Of a stretch of DNA of 64,000 nt, positions 8,857 through 20,048 are shown piece by piece. A model generated the notes under the pieces. The model searched no databases and was not told where the DNA came from. It saw nothing but the letters and a program-made list of their open reading frames with translations. Position 1 is the first letter of the stretch. The number at the start of each line of letters is the position of its first letter. The translations under genes and the position numbers were made by a program. The DNA is from Acidimicrobiia bacterium (GTDB lineage: Bacteria > Actinomycetota > Acidimicrobiia > Acidimicrobiales > CAIXPF01). The stretch covers positions 78,247 to 142,246 of the forward strand of contig CANJRG010000010.1 in NCBI GenBank assembly GCA_947476745.1. Reading direction: 5' to 3'.

Positions 8857-10125
8857 ATGACCGGTTTGGGCAGTGCCGTCGATCGCAACGACGACGATCG
8901 GGCACGGCGCGAGGACCTGCGCCGCATGAAGGCCGGGGCCACCGGCCTGCTCCTGGCGGTTGCCGTGGTGTTCGTCGTGGCCACCCTGGCCGAGCGTCGC
9001 AACGACGCCTGGGGGTACCTGCGGGCCGCAGCCGAGGGCTCCCTCGTCGGCGGCCTGGCCGACTGGTTCGCGGTCACGGCGCTGTTCCGCCGGCCGCTCG
9101 GACTGCCCATCCCGCACACGGCCCTCATCCCGACCCGCAAGGATGCGCTCGGCCGGTCACTGGGCACCTTCGTCGAGGACAACTTCCTCGCCGGAGACGC
9201 GGTGCTCGAGCGGCTACGTGCCATGCAGCCGAGCCGCCGAGCCGCCGCCTGGATGGTGGCACCGGGCAACGCCGAGGTGATCAGCCGCCATGCCGCTGCG
9301 GCGTTGGCCGGCGCCACCGACGTGCTGCGCGACGACGAGGTCACCGGCGCGCTCGAGCAAGCCGTCGTCGAGCGGGTCCGGCGAATCGGCCTCGCCCCGC
9401 TGGCCGGCCGGGCCCTGGCGGTGGCCACCGCCGAGGACCGCCACCGAACCCTCGTCGATGCCGCGCTCGCCGGAGCCATACGCTTCCTCGACAGGCAGAA
9501 ACCCCACCTACGCAGTCGCTTCGATCGCGAGTCGCCGTGGTGGGTGCCCGAGCCGCTCGACGACCGGATCTTCTCGAAGTTGTATACCGGGCTGCGCGGG
9601 TTCCTCGTCGAGGTGGCACGGACCGAGGACCATGCACTGCGACGCCACCTCGACGACCGACTGGCCGAGTTCATCGTGCGGCTGGAGACCGACCCGGCGC
9701 TGGCCACCCAGGCCGACCGCTGGCGGGACGAGCTCCTGAGCCACCCTGCGGTTCGGGCGTGGATCGGATCGTTGTGGGGCGAGTTCAAGACTGCACTGGT
9801 GGAGCAGAGCACGGATGCCTCCTCCGAGCTGCGGCAGCGCCTCGAACGGGCTGCGGCCGAGGCCGGTCGCAAGCTGTCGGTCGACACGGCACTGCAGCAC
9901 AAGATCGACCGGTGGCTCGAGGGCGTGACCCGCTACGTGATCCAGGCCGAGGGCCACCAGGTAGGCGAACTCATCGCCACGACGGTGCAACGATGGGACC
10001 CCGACGAGGCGACGGACCGCATCGAGATCCACGTCGGCCGGGACCTGCAGTTCATTCGGATCAACGGCACCGTCGTGGGCGGGTTGGCAGGCCTGACGAT
10101 CCATGCGGTCGGCCGGCTGCTGTGA
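8857..10125 (+). CDS. DUF445-family membrane-associated protein
   Basis: It has an N-terminal TM helix followed by WFAVTALFRRPLGLPIPHTALIPTRKDALGRSLGTFVEDNFL, a signature stretch of DUF445/YjiN-like proteins, and a C-terminal helix GTVVGGLAGLTIHAVG. Confidence 0.75.
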   Translation: MTGLGSAVDRNDDDRARREDLRRMKAGATGLLLAVAVVFVVATLAERRNDAWGYLRAAAEGSLVGGLADWFAVTALFRRPLGLPIPHTALIPTRKDALGRSLGTFVEDNFLAGDAVLERLRAMQPSRRAAAWMVAPGNAEVISRHAAAALAGATDVLRDDEVTGALEQAVVERVRRIGLAPLAGRALAVATAEDRHRTLVDAALAGAIRFLDRQKPHLRSRFDRESPWWVPEPLDDRIFSKLYTGLRGFLVEVARTEDHALRRHLDDRLAEFIVRLETDPALATQADRWRDELLSHPAVRAWIGSLWGEFKTALVEQSTDASSELRQRLERAAAEAGRKLSVDTALQHKIDRWLEGVTRYVIQAEGHQVGELIATTVQRWDPDEATDRIEIHVGRDLQFIRINGTVVGGLAGLTIHAVGRLL

Positions 10126-10167
10126 ACCCCGCCCGGACAGCATCGGGCGCACTACTACGGTCACAGC

Positions 10168-11403
10168 GTGACCCTGCCCGCATCGCTGACTTGGGGTGGC
10201 GCCTTTCCCGCCGTGCAATCGGAGGGCGCGGCCCTCGCCTCGGACTGGTTCGACTGGGAACGACGCGGTGAGGCACCGCCGTCCTTCGACGGCAACGGTT
10301 TCGCCATCGATCACGCCGACGATTTCCGTCTGCTGCGCGGGCTCGGTGCCGACGGGGTTCGGCTGACGCTCGACTGGTCACGTCTCGAGCCCGCGTCGGG
10401 AAAGCCCGACGCCGCAGCGTTCGACCGCTATCTCGAGGTCCTCACCGCCGCCCGGGCCGCCGGCCTGCAGACGTGGGTGGTCCTCGCCGACGGCCCGCTG
10501 CCAGGCTGGTTCTCCATCGACGAACGAGGGTGGCGAGAACGCTCGTCCCGCTCGTACCTCTGGCCCCGCCACGTCGAACGGGTGGCGGACACCCTCGGCG
10601 ACCTCGTCGATGCCTGGATCCCGATCCTGCGCCCGATCTCCTTCGCCCGTGGTGCCTTCGTCACCGCCGCGGCTCCCCCGGGCACCCGCAGCATCCAGAA
10701 GTTCGTGGAAACCGTACAGGGCGCCTACCTCGCCTCCTTCGCCGCCTGGCGGGTGTTGCGGGGCGCCCAGCCGGTCGCGCTCGGCGTAGAGGTGGCGACG
10801 GCCCGGGTGGGTGAGGAAGGCGGCGAGAGACCGGCCCGGCTCTACGACACGGTGCAATGGGCATGGGTCGAGGGCATCCGCGATGGTGTGCTGCGGCTGC
10901 CCCGTCTCCCCCAGCAACGCGTCGACGAGATGCGCCAAGCCTTCGACGCCGTTGCCGTCACCTTCGAGGGCACCTATGCGGTCGGCGCGGATGGTCGCGT
11001 CGCCCGGGCGCGTCAGAACGAGGAGCTGATCGCCCTGGCCCACCGCTTCGCCGAACGGTGCCCCGACCGGCCCCTGTGGCTCGCCGGCCATGGGGTCTCG
11101 GTCGGCGACACGAAGGCCGACGCCGAAGCAGCCGAGCAGGCCTGCGCCGACGTCGACGCCGTGCGCCGCGACGGCATCGCCCTCGATCGTTGGATCTGGG
11201 AGCCGGCCATCGACGGGTACGAAGGCGACGCCGGGTTCGACGCCCGGCTCGGCCTGTTCGATCGCGACCGCCACCCGAAGACCGCGGCCGAGGTCGTGCA
11301 GCGATGGAGCGAAGCTCGAACCGCGGCAGCAGCGGCAACAGCGGTCGCCCCCACCGAAGAGGACCACGGGACGGGTTCCACCGGTCCCGACCGGCCCGCC
11401 TGA
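10168..11403 (+). CDS. glycoside hydrolase family 1-like protein, apparently non-catalytic
   Basis: The GH1 scaffold is readable: TWGGAFPAVQSEGA, DH..D..LL..LG..GVRL...WSRLEP, and W.WEPAIDGYEGDAGFDARLGLFDRDR. However, the acid/base motif NEP reads LRP (10627-10635) and the nucleophile motif ITENG reads LAGHG (11080-11094). Confidence 0.7.
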   Translation: MTLPASLTWGGAFPAVQSEGAALASDWFDWERRGEAPPSFDGNGFAIDHADDFRLLRGLGADGVRLTLDWSRLEPASGKPDAAAFDRYLEVLTAARAAGLQTWVVLADGPLPGWFSIDERGWRERSSRSYLWPRHVERVADTLGDLVDAWIPILRPISFARGAFVTAAAPPGTRSIQKFVETVQGAYLASFAAWRVLRGAQPVALGVEVATARVGEEGGERPARLYDTVQWAWVEGIRDGVLRLPRLPQQRVDEMRQAFDAVAVTFEGTYAVGADGRVARARQNEELIALAHRFAERCPDRPLWLAGHGVSVGDTKADAEAAEQACADVDAVRRDGIALDRWIWEPAIDGYEGDAGFDARLGLFDRDRHPKTAAEVVQRWSEARTAAAAATAVAPTEEDHGTGSTGPDRPA

Positions 11404-11451
11404 ACAGGTACGAAGCTCGCTGCCCCGGCCGGCGAGCCGGGGCAGCGGCAA

Positions 11452-12870
11452 TCAGCTACGCGCCCGGTAGGAGGCCCGACCGCCCACGGCATCTTTGTTG
11501 AGCCGCTTCGACAGGTGCAGACCTTCGAGGAGGAACTCCACCGCCGAGGCCACCATCGCCGGCGACTCGTCGCCGTCGGTGAGGGCCAGGACCGGTTCCC
11601 GCAGCGACGGCTGGTCGCCGAGCAGGCGGACGTAGTCGGCAGAGGACACGTCCTCCCCGGCGCTGACCACGAACCCGCCCTCGAAGGCGTCGAGCACGGT
11701 CCGGAAGGATTCCGGCCCGACCCGGTTCTTGAACACCGTCAGACCCGCCGACTTCACCAGGCCCTCGACGATCTGGCTTTCGCGGCCATCCTCGAGGGTC
11801 TCGATCTCCACCTTGCCCATCGTGGATGCGGTAAGGGCACCGAGGTCCGACACCCGAGGCACGATCTCGTGCTCGCCGTGCAGGATCGCCCGGCGGGCGG
11901 CATTGGCAACCATGGTCTCCTGGTTGGACACCGAGAGACGCACCGACACGCCCGAACGCTGGTTGATGTTGCCGCTGGCCCGGGCCAGATGCGACAACGT
12001 CGCCACGATCTCGCTCATGAAGACCGGAACGCGGACCGTCGCGCCCTCCTCCGCGAAGACCGTCGCCTCCTGGTCGACGATGTCCATCTCGATCTCGACC
12101 GTGGGTGGGTAGTGGGTGCGGATCTGGGACCCGAAACGGTCCTTCAGCGGGGTGATGATCCGGCCACGGTTGGTGTAGTCCTCGGGGTTGGCCGAAGCGA
12201 CCAGGATGAGGTCGAGGGGCAGGCGGATCTTGTAGCCGCGCACCTGGACGTCACGCTCCTCGAGCACGTTGAGCAGACCGACCTGGATCCGCTCGGCGAG
12301 ATCGGGCAACTCGTTGATGGCGAAGATGCCGCGGTTGGTACGGGGAACCAGGCCGTAGTGGATCGTGAGCTCGTCGGACAGGTAGCGGCCCTCAGCCACC
12401 TTGATGGGGTCGACCTCGCCGATCAGGTCGGCCACCGACGTGTCCGGCGTCGCCAGCTTCTCGCCGAAACGGGCGTCGCGGTGGACCCAGTCGATGCGGG
12501 TGTCGTCGCCGTGCTCGAGCACGAGGTCGCGTGCGTAGCGGGAGATCGGGTTGTACGGATCGTCGTTGATCTCCGAGCCGGCCACGATCGGCATCCACTC
12601 GTCGAGCAGGTTCACCATCGAGCGGATGAGCCGAGTCTTGGCCTGGCCCCGCTCGCCGAGGAAGACGATGTCGTGGCCGGCCAGGATGGCGTTCTCCAGC
12701 TTCGGGATGACCGTCTCCTCGTAGCCCATGATGCGGGGGAAGAGCGGCTCACCCGCCCGCATCATGGCAATCGCGTTGCGACGGATCTCGTCCTTGACCG
12801 ACCGGGATATCCACCCGGAGGCCCGGAGTTGACCGAGGGTTGCGGGCTGGGGGTGCGCAGGGCTCGCCAT
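11452..12870 (-). CDS. ChlI/Mg-chelatase-like AAA+ ATPase
   Basis: It has a Walker A-like GERGQAKTRL, Walker B IFAINELPDL, and an N-terminal LGQLRASGW...VKDEIRRN stretch typical of the family that pairs with the VWA protein above. Confidence 0.85.
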   Translation of the reverse strand: MASPAHPQPATLGQLRASGWISRSVKDEIRRNAIAMMRAGEPLFPRIMGYEETVIPKLENAILAGHDIVFLGERGQAKTRLIRSMVNLLDEWMPIVAGSEINDDPYNPISRYARDLVLEHGDDTRIDWVHRDARFGEKLATPDTSVADLIGEVDPIKVAEGRYLSDELTIHYGLVPRTNRGIFAINELPDLAERIQVGLLNVLEERDVQVRGYKIRLPLDLILVASANPEDYTNRGRIITPLKDRFGSQIRTHYPPTVEIEMDIVDQEATVFAEEGATVRVPVFMSEIVATLSHLARASGNINQRSGVSVRLSVSNQETMVANAARRAILHGEHEIVPRVSDLGALTASTMGKVEIETLEDGRESQIVEGLVKSAGLTVFKNRVGPESFRTVLDAFEGGFVVSAGEDVSSADYVRLLGDQPSLREPVLALTDGDESPAMVASAVEFLLEGLHLSKRLNKDAVGGRASYRARS

Positions 12871-12897
12871 GGGCCCAAACCTAACCGAGCCCGCCGG

Positions 12898-13253
12898 TCA
12901 ATGAAGACCGTCTTGCCTCAGGGCGGGATCCCGCCGGTCGGCGCGGTGACAGGGGCGTGCACCGGTGCGGGCCGCGTCGATCTGCGCCTGCTCGTCGGGC
13001 TTCCGCTGTTCGATGAGGAACTCCGAGGCGAAGACCACGCCACCGAAGAACCCGCCGGTGACCAGCGACGAGAAGGCCCCGGGCCGAACCGTTAGGCCGG
13101 CCCGGCGTCGGTGTCCACGATCGGACTGAACAAGACGACGAACGCACCCATGGCAAACAGCATGCCCACCGAGACCTCGCGCACGACGGCCCGGTCGGCC
13201 GGTTCGAGGTCCTGGTCGGCCGGCTCTGCCTGTTGGCGCTGCTCTGCTCTCAC
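12898..13253 (-). pseudogene. possible frameshifted small two-helix membrane protein gene (two abutting coding-like frames)
   Basis: Frame A (13253..13092; GTG ... MLFAMGAFVVLFSPIVDTDAGPA, stop TAA) and frame B (about 13085..12898; ...GAFSSLVTGGFFGGVVFASEFLIEQRKPDEQAQIDAARTGA...) both show G/C-dominated third positions. Each encodes one hydrophobic helix. They switch frame within the G/C run GCCGGGCCGGCC. Confidence 0.25.
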
Positions 13254-13308
13254 CGGTGGAATTGTCCGGGTTCCGACAGGACGTTCGACCCCGTGACGCC
13301 GGTCGCGT

Positions 13309-14082
13309 TCAGCGTCCGCTGCGCGCCCTCAGCCGACGCATACCCTTGACCCAACGGTCCGGGTCGGTGGCTTTACGGACGACGTAGTCACCCACCTCGG
13401 GGTGGGGCAGGACGAAGAACCGCTCCTCCTCGATGGCCGCCAGCACGACGTCGGCCACCTCGTCGGGCTCGCGGATCCCATCGGTTCCCCCGTCGCCGAG
13501 CTGCCGGGGGGCCATCGCCGTGTTCACCCCTTGCGGACAGAGCACTGACACCCGGATCCCGTCGTCGCCATGGGTGATCGCCTCGTACTCCGCCAGCTTG
13601 ATGCACGCCGCTTTTGTGACGCTGTAGGGCGCCGAGCCGACGGCCAACAGCAGACCGGCCGCCGACGCGGTGTGCATCAGGTACCCCTCGCCCCGGGCGA
13701 TCATCGACGGCAGGACCGCCCGGCCGGCATAGACATGGGACATCACGTGCAGTTCCCACTGGCGCTGCCACGCGTCGTTCGACGCATCGAGGCCACCCTC
13801 GGCCCCGGCCCCGGCGTTCGAGCAGAACAGGTCGACGGGGCCGAACCGCCTCATGGTGTCCTCCACCAGCGCCACCACCGCCGCCTCGTCGGTCACGTCG
13901 AGCGCAACGCCGAGGCCCCGCTCGCCGATGCCGAGCCCAGTGGCGGCAGCGGCGGCCGCGTCCCCGTCGCGGTCGGCGAGCACCACAGCCCGCGCCCCGG
14001 CCCGGACGAAGCGGCGTCCCATGGCAGCACCGATGCCGCCGCCCCCGCCGGTGATGATGACAACACGATCAGTCAGCTCCAT
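13309..14082 (-). CDS. SDR-family oxidoreductase
   Basis: The sequence from MELTDRVVIITGGGGGIGAAMG carries the TGxxxGIG cofactor motif and the catalytic Y..xK (YSVTKAA). I chose the internal Met of ORF 13309..14142. Confidence 0.85.
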   Translation of the reverse strand: MELTDRVVIITGGGGGIGAAMGRRFVRAGARAVVLADRDGDAAAAAATGLGIGERGLGVALDVTDEAAVVALVEDTMRRFGPVDLFCSNAGAGAEGGLDASNDAWQRQWELHVMSHVYAGRAVLPSMIARGEGYLMHTASAAGLLLAVGSAPYSVTKAACIKLAEYEAITHGDDGIRVSVLCPQGVNTAMAPRQLGDGGTDGIREPDEVADVVLAAIEEERFFVLPHPEVGDYVVRKATDPDRWVKGMRRLRARSGR

Positions 14083-14231
14083 GGGACGAGAACCTAGACG
14101 CCGATCCGACCGACCCCCTCCGGGTGCGCCCCCGACGCCCAATCCGATGGGTTCGCCGGATCACGAGCGCAAGAACTACGGTCATAACCGCAACAACCGG
14201 CCTTTGGCCGACTTTCCCCGGGAGGATTCGG

Positions 14232-15067
14232 GTGGCTACGACGACACCGGCACGGGGCTCGAACACGAGCGCTCGCGGACTGGTCCGTCCGACCTTCAAG
14301 CAGCCTCGCAAGCGGCTGCCCTATCCCATCGGTCTCTACCAGACCGCGGTGGGAAGGAAGTGGGTCATGGGCGTGACCGGCATCATGATGATGGGCTTCG
14401 TGCTCGTGCACATGATCGGCAACCTGCACATGTACCAGGGGCCGGCGGGGTACAACGAGTACGCCGAGGCCCTCCGAACCCTCGGCGGCCATCTGATCCC
14501 CCGCGAAGGTGTGCTGTGGGCGCTGCGGCTGGGCCTGCTCAGCGCCGTCGTGCTGCACATCCACTCGGCGGCCACGCTGACCATCATGAACCGCAAGTCG
14601 CGGCCGCAGGGCTACCAGTCGCCCCGTGACTACTCGGCGGCGAACTTCGCCTCCCGGACGATGCGGGCAACGGGCATCATCGTCCTGCTCTTCATCATCT
14701 TCCACCTCCTGGATCTGACCTGGGGCGTGTTCCTCGGCGACGACTACATCAAGGGCGACGTGTACAACAACGTGAACCGGAGCCTGTCGAGCGCCCCGGT
14801 CGCCATCGTCTACATGTTGGCGAACGTCGCTCTGGCGGTGCACCTTTTCCACGGGGCCTGGAGCATGTTCCAGAGCCTCGGCTGGAACAGCCCGCAGTTC
14901 AACCAGGCCCGTCGGGTGTTCGCAACAGCGTTCGCCGGTCTGATCCTGGTGGGCAACCTCAGCTTCCCGATCATGAATCTGGCCGGCGTCGTCAGCCAGG
15001 ACACCCGAACCACTCCATGCGTCGCCGAGGGCGGCGAGGAAACAAACATCTGCCTGGGGGTCAACGA

Positions 15068-15071
<4 letters not shown>
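14232..15071 (+). CDS. sdhC: succinate dehydrogenase/fumarate reductase cytochrome b subunit (b558 family, type B)
   Basis: It has five hydrophobic helices with conserved His residues ([36 protein letters not shown]). The GTG at 14232 is 5 nt after GGGAGGA. The stop overlaps the sdhA ATG (ATGA). Confidence 0.8.
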
Positions 15072-16995
<1,924 letters not shown>

Positions 16996-16999
<4 letters not shown>

Positions 17000-17787
17000 G
17001 CGGCTCAGGACACGGCACAACCATGCGCATCACCCTCAAGGTCTGGCGCCAAGACGGCCCGACCAGCCCCGGGGCCTTCGAGACCTACGACGTGCCCGGC
17101 GTGTCGCCGGACATGTCCTTCCTCGAGATGCTCGACGTGGTCAACGACCGCCTCACGCTCGACGGCAAGCGACCGATCGTGTTCGAGCACGACTGCCGTG
17201 AAGGCATCTGCGGTAGCTGCGGCATGATGATCAACGGCGTTCCGCACGGCCCCGAGAAGGGCACGGCGACCTGCCAGCTGCACATGCGCAAGTTCCACGA
17301 CGGCGACCAGATCGTGGTCGAGCCGTGGCGGGCCGCAGCGTTCCCGGTCATTCGTGACGTGGCCGTCGACCGCTCGGCGTTCGACCGCATCATCGAGGCG
17401 GGCGGCTACATCTCCACCCCTACCGGGGCGGCGCCCGACGCCAACCTGACCCTCATCCCCAAGCCGGTGGCGGACGCCGCCATGGACGCCGCGGCCTGCA
17501 TCGGCTGTGGTGCCTGCGTGGCGGCCTGCCCGAACTCGGCGGCGCAGCTGTTCACCTCGGCCAAGCTCGCCCACCTCAACCTGCTGCCCCAGGGCCAGGC
17601 GGAGCGCTGGGCTCGCACCGAGGCGATGGTCGAGACGATGGAGGAGTTCTTCGGCTCCTGCACGAACCACGGGGAATGCCGCGAGGCCTGCCCCAAGGAG
17701 ATCTCGATCGACTTCATCGCCATGATGAACCGGGACTACGTGAAGTCGAAGCGCAAGAACCGCAAGCTGCTCTCGCAGATCCGCTGA
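16996..17787 (+). CDS. sdhB: succinate dehydrogenase/fumarate reductase iron-sulfur subunit
   Basis: It has three Cys clusters: [28 protein letters not shown] and [13 protein letters not shown]. The GTG at 16996 overlaps the sdhA stop and follows GGAG. ATG 17023 is an alternative start. Confidence 0.92.
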
Positions 17788-17821
17788 CACACGGTCAGGA
17801 CCCCCGACCACCGAAGCCAAC

Positions 17822-17856
17822 CCGGGCCGGTGCCACCGTTGGTGGCACCGGCCCGG
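17822..17856 (+). terminator. 16-bp perfect GC hairpin after sdhB
   Basis: CCGGGCCGGTGCCACC / GGTGGCACCGGCCCGG with a 3-nt loop, 35 nt downstream of the sdhB stop. There is no U-tract. Confidence 0.55.
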
Positions 17857-17963
17857 ACGCGTCCGGGCCGACCCCGGCCGCCCCGGAGCAGCCGCCTGCG
17901 AGCGGCCGGTAGCCGGCCCGACGGTGGTGGGGTCTGCAGGGCCTGAGCCGATAGCGTGCGCCG

Positions 17964-19286
17964 GTGGCTCGTCCAGCCCGGCGTCCCTCTCGAGCAGTCA
18001 CTGCGGCCCCGAACCGTCGCGGGCCCGCCGCAGGGTCGCGCCACAGACTCGGGTGGTGGCCCATCCGAAGGGGTGGCCGACGCGGGTTCGATAGGGCGCT
18101 GCCCGCCGGCGACCTTCGTCAGAGCCTCGTTGCGCTGCTGCTGAACTCCACCACCAGCTTCGTGGCAGGTGCCACGCTCGCCTCCATCACCGGCACCCTG
18201 CAGGCCCTGCCGGGCCTGCTGGTGCTGGCGCCGGCGGCGATCGGCCTGCGGGGCAACGTCTTCTCGGCCCTCGGCAACCGGCTGTCGACCGCCGTGCACC
18301 TCGGCACGTTCTCGTTCTCGTTGCGTCGTGACAGCGTGTTCGCCCAGAACGTCGCCGCCTCGATGGCACTCACCCTGCAGCTGTCACTGCTGATGGCCCT
18401 GGGCGCCGGGGCCCTGGTACTGGGTCTCGACATCTCGGACTCGCCGGCGGTGATCTGGAAACTGGCGCTGGTGTCCATCCTGGGCGGGACGCTGGCCTCG
18501 CTGGTGGTGCTGGGGGCAACCGTGGGCCTGACCCTGGCGGCGGTGCGCTACGGGTGGGACCTGGACAACCTCGTGGCCCCGACGGTGTCCACGCTGGGCG
18601 ACGTCCTCACCATCCCGGCCCTGTGGCTCGCTGCGCAGCTCGTCGACATCCGCGTGGTCAGCCCGGTGCTCTCGGCCGTGCTCATCGCCGGCACGATCGT
18701 CGTCGGCATCCTGACGTGGCGGACCCGGCTGGATGCGCTGCGCCGGATCGTCCGGGAGTCGGCCCCGGTCCTGGTGCTGGCCGCCGGCCTGTCCAGCCTG
18801 GCCGGGGTGGTCCTTGAGAAGCGGCTGGAGATCTTCCAGCAGCACGAGGCGCTCCTGGTGCTGCAACCCGCCTTCGTGAGCTCTGCGGGCGCCCTGGGCG
18901 GTATCATGGCCGCCCGATTGGCGACCGCCTTCCAGGTCGGCACGCTCGACCCCGACCCGGTGCCCGGCCGAGGTTCCCGCCAACTCGCCCTGCTGGTCCT
19001 GGTGCTCGCCGCTCCGGTCGCGGTGTACAACGCCGTCGGCAGCGAGCTGACCGCCGCCCTCATGGGGCGAAGCGGGCCCGGGCTGGTCCCGCTGATCACC
19101 GTGTCGTTGATCGCCGGGGCCTTCGTGACCCTGTTCGTGGTGGCGGTCGCCTATTACTCGACTGTCGTGGCAACCCGCGCCGGGCTCGATCCCGACAACT
19201 ACGGGACGCCCGTGGTGACTTCCTCGGTGGACTTCGTCGGGGCGATGACCCTGATCATCGTCGTGCTCATCCTCGGTATCGCCTGA
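17964..19286 (+). CDS. MgtE/SLC41-like divalent cation transporter (two MgtE membrane domains)
   Basis: An Arg-rich N-terminus is followed by LRQSLVALLLNSTTSFVAGATL...LPGLLVLAPAAIGLRGNVFSALGNRLSTAVHLG. A second similar half follows (LLVLQPAFVSSAGALGGIMAARLATAF). The start is uncertain. Confidence 0.65.
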   Translation: MARPARRPSRAVTAAPNRRGPAAGSRHRLGWWPIRRGGRRGFDRALPAGDLRQSLVALLLNSTTSFVAGATLASITGTLQALPGLLVLAPAAIGLRGNVFSALGNRLSTAVHLGTFSFSLRRDSVFAQNVAASMALTLQLSLLMALGAGALVLGLDISDSPAVIWKLALVSILGGTLASLVVLGATVGLTLAAVRYGWDLDNLVAPTVSTLGDVLTIPALWLAAQLVDIRVVSPVLSAVLIAGTIVVGILTWRTRLDALRRIVRESAPVLVLAAGLSSLAGVVLEKRLEIFQQHEALLVLQPAFVSSAGALGGIMAARLATAFQVGTLDPDPVPGRGSRQLALLVLVLAAPVAVYNAVGSELTAALMGRSGPGLVPLITVSLIAGAFVTLFVVAVAYYSTVVATRAGLDPDNYGTPVVTSSVDFVGAMTLIIVVLILGIA

Positions 19287-19295
19287 CCGGTCGGG

Positions 19296-20048
19296 CTACA
19301 CGGGCCACCAGGTCTCGGTGAAGCCCGCCAGGCCGCCCGGACCGACGAACGGACCCTTGTCCAGGCGACCGGCCGGGGTGACCGAACGAGACCAACCCAT
19401 CGCCGCGTCGCCTGGCCGCTGCGTCGCATCGGCCGCGCTCCAGCTGACGGCACCGGGCCCCATCCCGTGGCGGCGCCGCGTCGCCGAGGCCATGGCGTCG
19501 ATGCCCACGTGGCTACGCCAGCCGAACCCGTCGAGCTCGTAGGTGTCGACCCCGAGCAGCACCTCGCCGCACACCGTGGCCGGCTGCTCGTAGCCGTCGT
19601 CGACCGGCGACCGCACCTCCGGGTCACACTCCCAGTCCAGGTCGTAGCCCAGGGGCACCCGTTCCCCCCGCTGGTCGGCGGGGTCGTCCAACGCCAGGGC
19701 GAACGCTTCGAGCCCTACCGACCAATGGCCGAAGGGATCCTCGAGGTTGTGGTCGGCCCACAGGCCGTTGCCCCGCAACTCCAGCGTGCGTTTGAGGGGG
19801 AACTCGTCGCACAGGGAAACCACCGGCTCCCCCTGGCGGTACACCGCCGTGGCGTACCAGGCCACACCGGACGCCGGCCAGCGCCACAGCGCGAGGTGCC
19901 CACCGAAGGTGGCCTGCGGCGACCAGAACTCGAAGGTGTAGAGGTCCGGGGAGGCACGCGGTCGCTCGTCGACAGGTTCGAACACCTCGCTAGCGTGTCC
20001 GCTGATGGTCGCCTTTGCCAGCCCGGAATGGATCGCCGCCCTCGACAC
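19296..20048 (-). CDS. hypothetical protein
   Basis: This is a 250-aa ORF with coding-like composition and no family I recognise. ATG 20048 overlaps the divergent gene by 44 bp. GTG 19985 (VFEPVD...) would remove the overlap. Confidence 0.5.
   Translation of the reverse strand: MSRAAIHSGLAKATISGHASEVFEPVDERPRASPDLYTFEFWSPQATFGGHLALWRWPASGVAWYATAVYRQGEPVVSLCDEFPLKRTLELRGNGLWADHNLEDPFGHWSVGLEAFALALDDPADQRGERVPLGYDLDWECDPEVRSPVDDGYEQPATVCGEVLLGVDTYELDGFGWRSHVGIDAMASATRRRHGMGPGAVSWSAADATQRPGDAAMGWSRSVTPAGRLDKGPFVGPGGLAGFTETWWPV

Noticed and set aside
18060-18100. A T-loop-like string GGTTCGATA that suggested a tRNA.
   Set aside because: The flanking bases cannot form a T-stem or acceptor stem, and the region lies inside the Arg-rich N-terminus of the MgtE-like ORF. 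I saw no other tRNA-like cloverleaf in any spacer.
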